From an uncultured Candidatus Actinomarina sp. (lineage in GTDB: Bacteria > Actinomycetota > Acidimicrobiia > Actinomarinales > Actinomarinaceae): a DNA stretch of 64,000 bases. Below are positions 21,604 through 29,014 of the stretch, piece after piece (position 1 is the stretch's first letter; every line of letters begins with the position of its first letter). The stretch spans positions 3,525-67,524 of the forward strand of contig CACMQN010000007.1 in assembly GCA_902615855.1 (NCBI GenBank). The letters are read 5' to 3'. The position numbers were made by a program, and so were the translations under genes. Under the pieces are notes generated by a model. That model was not told where the DNA came from. It saw nothing but the letters and a program-made list of their open reading frames with translations, and did no database searches.

Positions 21604-23060
21604 CTTTTTCTAACAAGCTTTATTAAAAGACCTAAAATCAAAACTGTTAAAAAATATCCAATCAAAGCTAAAGCAATAGTAAATGAAAAAGTACCCATAC
21701 TCAACAGTTCTTGTTGCATGTTTGCAAAATTGCTATCAGGGGAGATAATTAAAATCCTAATAAATAACCAAGTACCCAAAATGAAGCTTATCAATGGAAA
21801 AATTTTAAAGATACCTCTTGAATCATTAAGCGATTCAAACAACTCATTTCCGCCACCTGGTAATGATTTGAATAAGACGCCTTCTAAACACATTAAATAA
21901 CTTAGGGCTGATATTGCCAATAAGACACTTGATTCTTTTATAAAAGGTTGGGAAGTAAGATAGAAAAAACCAAAACCACCAAGGCTGAGAAATAGTGTTG
22001 AGTAAAATTTCGGTGATAGTTTGGCTGTATTTCTGTTACTTGATATGTAAGCAGAAGCAAAAAAACCAAAAATAAACCCAATAGGCATTTCAAAATAAAT
22101 AAAAGCCAAGGTTGATATCCCTGCAAAGAAGATAGCCTGTGGTGCCCACTTAAATTGTACTTTCTGTTTAAATACTTTGCTTTCTATAAAACCCTCTGTG
22201 CCCTCGTAGAGTAATGTCACTGCCAAAAGTCCAAAAATCGAAGCAATAAATATTGCCAAATTTTCCAGATCTAATATTAAATCTGCTCCTTCTTCAACAA
22301 ACCCAATCAAAAATGCAGTGACCAATAATACAAAAACAATTTTTAATAACTTAACTATTTTTCGTGAACTTTTTATACTTTTTTTACCTCTAAACCTTGG
22401 GATATTGGTTGTAGATAAAACTTTATTAAACCACTCTTGAATTAGAAGAACTAAATAAAATAAAATAATTATCCCAGTAGAAATTATTACACCAATACTG
22501 TTTTTTTCTTGATCATTAAAATCAATGTCCTCAAATAAAGGTATTGAAGTGATTAATCTATTTGTTATTTCTATATTTAGATAATCTATTTCCTCAACTG
22601 CAGGAGGTGGAAGGGTTGTTGTCGTTGTAGTTGTCGTTGTAGTTGTCGTAGAAGTTGTCGTAGAAGTTGTCGTTGGTGGAGGAATTATTGGTAGAGTTTT
22701 TTGATTAATGAATTCTTCTTCTACATAAGTCTTGCATTCATCAGCATTACAATCTGGGCCCGTATAATTCTCAATTTTGGTGATAAAAACGCTTACTGTA
22801 ACTTTTACATAATCGGGGTAACAACAAAGTTCAATCTCACCAGTTGATCCAGGCAGTTCATATTTTTCAATTTGATTGTCATGAGATATTTCAATCATGA
22901 TAAAATCATATCTTTCATATGCTACTGCCCATTTAATTGAAATATTTTCATCTTCTAATCTTGAGATATCAACCTCTATATTTTGTTGATCAAGAATTGG
23001 AATAAAAAAAGATGCATTAAAGAAAAGAAAAAAGGATAAAAAAATTAAAATTTTTTTCAT
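21600..23060 (-). CDS. Multi-pass membrane protein with an N-terminal extracellular domain and a poly-Thr linker; family unknown
   Basis: Signal peptide, a Cys-containing domain of ~125 aa, 'PPPTTTSTTTSTTTTTTTTTTTTLPPP' (22602-22682), then about 8 hydrophobic helices. Confidence 0.6.
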   Translation of the reverse strand: MKKILIFLSFFLFFNASFFIPILDQQNIEVDISRLEDENISIKWAVAYERYDFIMIEISHDNQIEKYELPGSTGEIELCCYPDYVKVTVSVFITKIENYTGPDCNADECKTYVEEEFINQKTLPIIPPPTTTSTTTSTTTTTTTTTTTTLPPPAVEEIDYLNIEITNRLITSIPLFEDIDFNDQEKNSIGVIISTGIIILFYLVLLIQEWFNKVLSTTNIPRFRGKKSIKSSRKIVKLLKIVFVLLVTAFLIGFVEEGADLILDLENLAIFIASIFGLLAVTLLYEGTEGFIESKVFKQKVQFKWAPQAIFFAGISTLAFIYFEMPIGFIFGFFASAYISSNRNTAKLSPKFYSTLFLSLGGFGFFYLTSQPFIKESSVLLAISALSYLMCLEGVLFKSLPGGGNELFESLNDSRGIFKIFPLISFILGTWLFIRILIISPDSNFANMQQELLSMGTFSFTIALALIGYFLTVLILGLLIKLVRKR

Positions 23061-23066
23061 AATAAA

Positions 23067-23687
23067 TTACTTCAAAATTTTTATTGCCTTATCAAATATT
23101 TTTTTTATATTATCAAGATACCATTCATCAGTATATTTTGACCATACTGGATAGTTTTCGTCATATCTTAACCACAAAAATGTAATTCCATTAAACATTT
23201 GAAAAATTTCATTTGCTAACTCTCTTGGATCTACATTCTTGTGATTCTTACATAAGTTATATAAAACATCATAAGGTTCATTTTGTATCCATTTTCCAGT
23301 AGATTGTATATCTCTTACTTGAAACCACGCAAAACGAATGGCATCTCCCAACTCAACACATTTCATTGCAATAACGTTTAGAAAGGTTTTTATAGCTTCT
23401 TCAGATATAGGGTCTGACTTCATAAAAATTTCAAAATCTGTTACAACATCCTTGAATCCTTCTTGAAATAAGGAACCATATATATCTAATTTATTCTCAG
23501 GGAAATGATTATATGCAGTTGCGGTTGAAACACCTGCATGTTTGGCAATCTCGGTAACAGTGATTTTTTCAGGCTGTAAAGGGGAATTATTGAATAATTC
23601 AACTGCACTCTTAAGCAGCTTTGAATGTATCTCATCGTAAGTTTTTTGAGCTCTTACTAACCTACCATCAACTTTTGTAACTTCCAT
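23067..23687 (-). CDS. TetR-family transcriptional regulator
   Basis: N-terminal HTH 'TVTEIAKHAGVSTATAYNHFP'; about 200 aa. Confidence 0.85.
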   Translation of the reverse strand: MEVTKVDGRLVRAQKTYDEIHSKLLKSAVELFNNSPLQPEKITVTEIAKHAGVSTATAYNHFPENKLDIYGSLFQEGFKDVVTDFEIFMKSDPISEEAIKTFLNVIAMKCVELGDAIRFAWFQVRDIQSTGKWIQNEPYDVLYNLCKNHKNVDPRELANEIFQMFNGITFLWLRYDENYPVWSKYTDEWYLDNIKKIFDKAIKILK

Positions 23688-23693
23688 ATTAAA

Positions 23694-26600
23694 TTAATTT
23701 ACACTTTCTATCTTTGATAAAATGCCTGATACAACAAGTCGTTGTCTAGCAGAATATTTTGGGTGACATGTAGTTAGTGTTATTCTGTCCTGCCCTCGAT
23801 TATAAAGAACGTAGTCATCATTAGGGCTCACAATTAGTATTTCATCAACAATGTAGAGATATTTATTTGAGCCAAAAGAAAGTCTTATTTCATCACCTAT
23901 CTCAACTTGGTCTAGCCTATTGAATGGAGCACCATAAGTTGTCCTATGGCCTGCAATGCCAACATTACCTCCAGAACCAGGAAGATTTGTCTGAATGTAA
24001 TGTCCAGGTCCAAACTGAAGATTATTTTCATCAGTACCAGAAACAATATATTGTCTTATGCTGATATTAGGGATCTCTAGAAGGCCGAAAAGTTTTGGCT
24101 CATATTGCCCAGAATTTAGGACATTATCTATTATTTCTAGTTCTCCAAAAAAATCAAAAACAGGATTATCTGATTGAATGATATTAAATGGATTTGAAGA
24201 CGTAAAGAATTCTGGTTTTTCTTGTGCAGGCTCTCCTAGATAAACTGTTTCTAAATAGTTTTGAGCATTTTCTTGGTATTCGTCAGAAAAATACATTTGC
24301 TGAGTTGTATATATACCAAAGCCAATTCCCGTCAATATTAGTAATGTTGCAAATGATGTAGAAATCTGTTTTATTCGCTTTCTTTCAAAAAATTTACGCT
24401 TAATATTCTTTGTCTGGTTTTTTTTAACTGTTTTAACTTGTAATTCTTTAGAGTCCAAAATATCTTCAGATGTATAAATAATTTGAAAATTATTAGAAAT
24501 TAACCCTAGACGATCTGCTAATATTTCTTTCGACATTACCTCATTCTTTTCCGCACTTATCTTTTTAATATTTTCTATTGCAACAAGTGTGTACTCAAGT
24601 TCATTATTAAGTTCTCTTATCTCAGATGAATAGCTCACAAAGCTTTTTCCATATGGTGCAAATTTGTTAATATCAATGTTGACTTGAACTTTTGAATCAA
24701 TCAGCTTTTCAATTTTTGTTTTTACTTTAAAAGCATTCTCATATATATCTTCCAAAGAGATGTCACTTTGAAGTAATTTTCTTTTCCTTGAACTTGTAAA
24801 TAAAACTAATCCAGCAGTCAAAAATACTAAACCGCTTATTATTGTGTAGTCAAAATTAATTCCCGTATCCGCAAGTTCAATTGAATCTTCTGTAAACCGG
24901 TACCTTACTCTGTAATTACCGTCTGTAAAAAATATGTCTTCTTCAAAATCTTCCCAAACAACCAAACTATTTTCGGTTAGTTCAGTGAAATCTTCATCAT
25001 CGTCACCATCGAAATCATCATCATTGTCTGTACCATCATCATTGCCCGTACCATCATCATTGTCTGTACCATCATCATTGTCTGTACCATCATCATTGCC
25101 CGTACCATCATCATTTTCTGTACCATCATCATTGTCTGTACCATCATCATTGTCTGTACCATCATCATTTTCTGTACCATCATCATTTTCTGTACCATCA
25201 TCATTGTCTGTACCATCATCATTGTCTTCATCAAGACCTGTCAAAGATGTTGTAGTTGTAATAACTGGAATCGTTGTAGTTGTCGTTGGGTCAATTATCA
25301 AATCATCATCTTGACAATCAACAGTGTTTTTAAATCTTCCAGTTACTTTTAGTTCATTTGTTTTGTCATCTCTTACTTTGAATTTAATCCTATATTTTGA
25401 ACCATCTGTTGCTCCAAATAATGTACTAATTGAAAAATATTGTCCTGAGCTTATGCTGTATTCATTTTTGCTAATCTTTGATCCATTTACCCAGATTCTT
25501 ACTATCAATTTCATTCCAACTGTAGATTGTCTATTGTCTACTGCAAAAGCATAATTAGCTGATGAACCAGTACATTGTCTATTATTTATGAAAAATGGGT
25601 CAAATATTTCTGGTGGCAAAGTTGTAGTTGTTGTAGTAGAAGTTGTAGTAGTTGTTGTAGTTGTAGTAGTTGTAGTAGTTGTTGTAGTAGAAGTTGTAGT
25701 AGTTGTTGTAGTTGTTGTAGTTGTTGTAGTTGTTGTACAAGAAACTGTATCACTTTCGGCAATGGCTTCAACAACCATATTTGTAAAGTTGTCGTCTGAA
25801 AAAGAGTCTGTAATTCTCCATGTAATAGTTGAACCCTCATTCACAGATTGTGTGAATTTAGAGTTATTTGTTGCACCACCTGATAAAGAAAAATTTGAAG
25901 CATCAGAATCAGAGTGAGTTGAGAATGTACCATCATCAATTTTGAACTCAATTTTGTAATATACAGTTACACTCTCATTATTTGTAATACTTAAAGTAGA
26001 TGTCTTTGCACCACTTGAACATGAACCAGATAAAGACTGAGAAACTGAAGAATCTGGATCACAATCTGCTGCTGATGAGGCAACCGGTGTTTCGGTTGTC
26101 ATGTTTGTAAAATCATTACTTGTAAGTGAGTCAGTAATTCTCCATGTAATAGTTGAACCATGCGCAACAGATTGTGTTATTGAGGAATTTGGTGTCCCGG
26201 ATGCAACAGTAACGTTGCTTCCGCTACTGTGCGTTTGATAAGATCCAGAATCAATTTTGTATTCAACTTTTACAAACGTGTTTCCACTTCCCTCATTGTT
26301 AGTAATTGTAAGTGTTGCTGTCGTAGAACCATTAGTACAACTACCAAAGGCAGTGGCTATGGTAACGTCTGGATCACAATCAACTTCAGAACTTTGAGTT
26401 ACACCTTCATAACTAGCTTCCGAAAAATCACCTGTTGTGAAACTATCTTTGAATTGCCAAGTTATTTTTTCACCATGAGCAACAGATTGTGTAAGCGTGC
26501 CACTATTACTAGAACTTACTGAGAAGTTGGTATTTTTATTTTGCCAATCACCATCGTCAATTTTGTATTGCACAAAGTAAAAAACCGTACTGCTTTCAGT

Positions 26601-28952
26601 GTTTTGTAATGTCAAAGTTGAAGTTACTGAACCACTTGTACAATCACCAAAAGACTGTGAAGCATTTGTACCAATATTACAATTTGCTGCAGATGATGAA
26701 ACTGGTGTTTCAGTAGTCATGTTTGTAAAATCATTACTCGTAAGTGAGTCAGTAATTCTCCATGTAATAGTTGAACCTTCAGCAACGGACTGAGTAATTG
26801 AGGTATTGGATGCCCCAGCTGAAACCGAAACGTTACTACCACTCCCATGTGTTTCGTAGGAGCCAGAGTCAATTTTGTATTCAACTTTTACAAAGGCCGT
26901 ATTGCTTCCTTCATTGTTTGTAATTGTTAAAGTTGATGTAGCTGCGTTACTACTACAACTTAAAGCTTGTGATATAGAAACATTTGGATCACAATCCACA
27001 GTTGAAGATGAAACTGGTGTTTCAGTAGTCATGTTTGTAAAATCATTACTCGTAAGTGAGTCAGTAATTCTCCATGTGATGGCTGAACCATCTGGAACTG
27101 ACTGAGTAATTGAGGTATTGGATGCCCCAGCTGAAACCGAAACGTTACTACCACTCCCATGTGTTTGGTAGGTGCCAGAGTCAATTTTGTATTCAACTTT
27201 TACAAAGGCCGTATTGCTTCCTTCATTGTTTGTAATTGTTAAAGTAGCGACTTGGGCACCACTAGAACAATTTCCAAATCCCGTAGAAATAGAAACTTCA
27301 GGATTACAATCAACAGTTCCAATCGTGACTGTAGTGTAAGCTCCAGACGAAGGATTAGATGTATCTGCTCTATATCTTATTTTTACTGTTTGACCATCTG
27401 CAGAAGCTGAAGAGGTTGTGAACTCTACGCTAGATCCTGCTGATATAGATTGGCCATCTGCAAGGTTAGTAGTCGTTGAAAAATCATTGTCACTCCAGTC
27501 AACATCAACAAACATTGTTGAACCACTTGCTGTTAGTGTCAATGAAGCAGTTGCAGCTCCACTGGAGCATGTGTTTATTTCAGCATTTGAATGCGATATT
27601 GAACCACCACAACCGCCACTTACACTTACAGATATATCAGTTGTACCCGATGAGGGCGTCCTTAGTGAGTGAGTTGTTAATTCTGCGTACCAACTTATGG
27701 TTACAGTCCCAGATGAGAAACCTACAGGAGTGGTAACAGTTGGACTTGCACCGGCACTTACTGTTGTACCAGTTGTTACATCGCCTGATTTGCCAACTCC
27801 ACTATATGTAACAACATAGTTTACATCAACATCGCTGTTTGAATTATCTAGAGTTACTTCGACTAATCTTTCTGAACCTGAGCATGAGCCTTCTGAGGCG
27901 GATGCAGTTGGAACAAACTCATCTCCCCCACTTAGACCAATTCCACAGCCTGCACCATCAGTATTGCTTGAGCTAGCAAAATCATCATTTGTCTCAGTTA
28001 ACGAGTTGGCTGATTCATCATATAACCAAAGATCTCCAGTATTATTTTCAAGAAAGTAAACATCTCCATTTCCCAGTGACATTGCAGCACCTGAGTTAGA
28101 ACCTATCCCACTACCAATATTGTTGTTAAGGACACTTAAAGTTATTGTTATTGCTTCAGAACCTGTCCCATGACCGGTATGTGAAGTTATCTTTGCACCC
28201 AGTAAATCATTAGCATTTGAATCATAACCAATAAAGTCATTCCCACTAAATGAACCATTTGCTCCATCATTTGATACCCAAGCAAAGTCTTTTGCTTTGT
28301 TGGAACCATTAGATCCCCCAAGTATTGTTGGAGTAATTACTGTATATGATCCATTACTATTTATTCTTATAACTTTTTGATTTCCGTTAAAAAAACCTTT
28401 TGATGTAAATACATATTTGTATGTTGTTCCAGATACTGTTGTTTCATAATTAGATGCAGCATTATTTTCACCGGTACCAAGATCAACAGAACTTATATGA
28501 TTTGCTGTTCCCACTCCAGATGAGTTGTAATCTAGCTTATAAAAGTAGAGATCATTATTGCTGTTATCTTTTTTCAAAATTGCATACATTGAACCATCGG
28601 TTTGAATGCTTAATGAGTTGACTTCATCAATATTGTTATGATCCCAAGAGTTAAAAGTCTCAATAACTGATGTAGAAAATACTCCAGAATCATTATTGAT
28701 TCCTCGATTGATGGTCAACGTATTTCCACTCCATGTACTTTGATAAAGATAAGTTCTTCCGTCAGAATCAATACAATCGAATTCACCAGATGCAATTGCA
28801 GGTTGTGGATCAATTATCTCAATTGTCACAAATACAAGTGAAAACACCATTAGAAAAGAAATAAATAAATTTAAAGTTTTCTTATTTAATATGAACGAAA
28901 TAAAGTTTTTAAAATAATTCATGTCATAACCTAAAGCGCCTAAAACTTTCAT
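23694..28952 (-). CDS. Giant repeat-rich cell-surface protein with an LAxTG sorting signal, fused in frame to a C-terminal class E-like sortase domain
   Basis: One uninterrupted 1752-codon ORF. Its parts in order: a signal anchor (aa ~25-55), Cys-bounded repeat modules of ~100 aa, poly-Thr, acidic NDDGT repeats, 'LADTG' + TM + 'RKRK', a ~140-aa charged linker, a second TM, then 'GNVGIAGHR...TLTTCHP...RQRLVV'. Confidence 0.8.
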   Translation of the reverse strand: MKVLGALGYDMNYFKNFISFILNKKTLNLFISFLMVFSLVFVTIEIIDPQPAIASGEFDCIDSDGRTYLYQSTWSGNTLTINRGINNDSGVFSTSVIETFNSWDHNNIDEVNSLSIQTDGSMYAILKKDNSNNDLYFYKLDYNSSGVGTANHISSVDLGTGENNAASNYETTVSGTTYKYVFTSKGFFNGNQKVIRINSNGSYTVITPTILGGSNGSNKAKDFAWVSNDGANGSFSGNDFIGYDSNANDLLGAKITSHTGHGTGSEAITITLSVLNNNIGSGIGSNSGAAMSLGNGDVYFLENNTGDLWLYDESANSLTETNDDFASSSNTDGAGCGIGLSGGDEFVPTASASEGSCSGSERLVEVTLDNSNSDVDVNYVVTYSGVGKSGDVTTGTTVSAGASPTVTTPVGFSSGTVTISWYAELTTHSLRTPSSGTTDISVSVSGGCGGSISHSNAEINTCSSGAATASLTLTASGSTMFVDVDWSDNDFSTTTNLADGQSISAGSSVEFTTSSASADGQTVKIRYRADTSNPSSGAYTTVTIGTVDCNPEVSISTGFGNCSSGAQVATLTITNNEGSNTAFVKVEYKIDSGTYQTHGSGSNVSVSAGASNTSITQSVPDGSAITWRITDSLTSNDFTNMTTETPVSSSTVDCDPNVSISQALSCSSNAATSTLTITNNEGSNTAFVKVEYKIDSGSYETHGSGSNVSVSAGASNTSITQSVAEGSTITWRITDSLTSNDFTNMTTETPVSSSAANCNIGTNASQSFGDCTSGSVTSTLTLQNTESSTVFYFVQYKIDDGDWQNKNTNFSVSSSNSGTLTQSVAHGEKITWQFKDSFTTGDFSEASYEGVTQSSEVDCDPDVTIATAFGSCTNGSTTATLTITNNEGSGNTFVKVEYKIDSGSYQTHSSGSNVTVASGTPNSSITQSVAHGSTITWRITDSLTSNDFTNMTTETPVASSAADCDPDSSVSQSLSGSCSSGAKTSTLSITNNESVTVYYKIEFKIDDGTFSTHSDSDASNFSLSGGATNNSKFTQSVNEGSTITWRITDSFSDDNFTNMVVEAIAESDTVSCTTTTTTTTTTTTTTTSTTTTTTTTTTTTTTTTSTTTTTTLPPEIFDPFFINNRQCTGSSANYAFAVDNRQSTVGMKLIVRIWVNGSKISKNEYSISSGQYFSISTLFGATDGSKYRIKFKVRDDKTNELKVTGRFKNTVDCQDDDLIIDPTTTTTIPVITTTTSLTGLDEDNDDGTDNDDGTENDDGTENDDGTDNDDGTDNDDGTENDDGTGNDDGTDNDDGTDNDDGTGNDDGTDNDDDFDGDDDEDFTELTENSLVVWEDFEEDIFFTDGNYRVRYRFTEDSIELADTGINFDYTIISGLVFLTAGLVLFTSSRKRKLLQSDISLEDIYENAFKVKTKIEKLIDSKVQVNIDINKFAPYGKSFVSYSSEIRELNNELEYTLVAIENIKKISAEKNEVMSKEILADRLGLISNNFQIIYTSEDILDSKELQVKTVKKNQTKNIKRKFFERKRIKQISTSFATLLILTGIGFGIYTTQQMYFSDEYQENAQNYLETVYLGEPAQEKPEFFTSSNPFNIIQSDNPVFDFFGELEIIDNVLNSGQYEPKLFGLLEIPNISIRQYIVSGTDENNLQFGPGHYIQTNLPGSGGNVGIAGHRTTYGAPFNRLDQVEIGDEIRLSFGSNKYLYIVDEILIVSPNDDYVLYNRGQDRITLTTCHPKYSARQRLVVSGILSKIESVN
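23697..24095 (-). other. Sortase catalytic domain within the giant ORF (aa ~1620-1752)
   Basis: Catalytic His in 'IAGHR' (codon 23946-23948), Cys in 'TLTTC' (23766-23768), Arg in 'RQRLVV' (23739-23741). Confidence 0.8.
24774..24875 (-). other. Cell-wall sorting signal inside the giant ORF: LADTG (24861-24875) + hydrophobic helix + RKRK
   Basis: 'ELADTGINFDYTIISGLVFLTAGLVLFTSSRKRKLL' (aa 1360-1393). LAxTG is the motif recognised by class E sortases. Confidence 0.75.
25017..25232 (-). repeat. 18-nt tandem coding repeat, about 12 copies, encoding (N-D-D-G-T-D/E/G)n
   Basis: The + strand reads accatcatcattgtctgt / ...gcccgt / ...ttctgt, reiterated (aa 1241-1312). Confidence 0.95.
25620..25736 (-). 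repeat. Poly-threonine coding tract (39 codons, T with two S)
   Basis: The + strand shows (gttgtagta/gttgttgta)n, aa 1073-1111. Confidence 0.95.
25737..27884 (-). repeat. Seven Cys-bounded ~100-105-aa modules; three (aa 549-654, 654-758, 859-964) are nearly identical at the DNA level
   Basis: The recurrent block is 'TLTITNNEGSNTAFVKVEYKIDSG.Y.THGSGSNVSVSAGASNTSITQSV..GS.ITWRITDSLTSNDFTNMTTETPV.SS..DCDP'. Long identical nucleotide runs occur about 310-315 nt apart. Confidence 0.9.
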
Positions 28953-28986
28953 ATCCCTTACTTTTACGACAAACTTAATTTTAAAT

Positions 28987-29000
28987 TAGAAAGTTTTCTA
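28987..29000. promoter_or_regulatory. Palindrome TAGAAA-gt-TTTCTA in the 62-nt gap between thrC and the giant ORF
   Basis: Perfect 6-bp inverted repeat. It could be an operator (a TetR gene is in the cassette) or a weak thrC terminator stem. Confidence 0.2.
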
Positions 29001-29014
29001 AGCAAAATATTTTT

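Noticed and set aside
21258-21613. Gln/Leu-rich and Val-rich ORFs (21258-21449 on the minus strand, 21320-21613 on the plus strand)
   Set aside because: These are alternative-frame or antisense readings of the 42-nt Thr/Ser coding repeat in the secreted HExxH protein gene.
24934-25917. Several ORFs on both strands translating as PSSLSV, MMMVQT, CCS or VVVV repeats (24934-25314, 24977-25234, 25575-25799, 25586-25840, 25588-25917)
   Set aside because: These are alternative-frame or antisense readings of the NDDGT and poly-Thr coding repeats of the giant gene. They stay open only because the DNA is repetitive.
26229-27736. Small + strand ORFs inside the repeat modules (26229-26522, 26599-26793, 26875-27105, 27418-27672, 27476-27736)
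   Set aside because: They are antisense to the giant ORF, and their recurrence simply mirrors the module repeats.
25017-27884. CRISPR array or intergenic satellite
   Set aside because: All repeats are in frame within one long ORF and lack unique spacers of uniform size. No cas genes are present.
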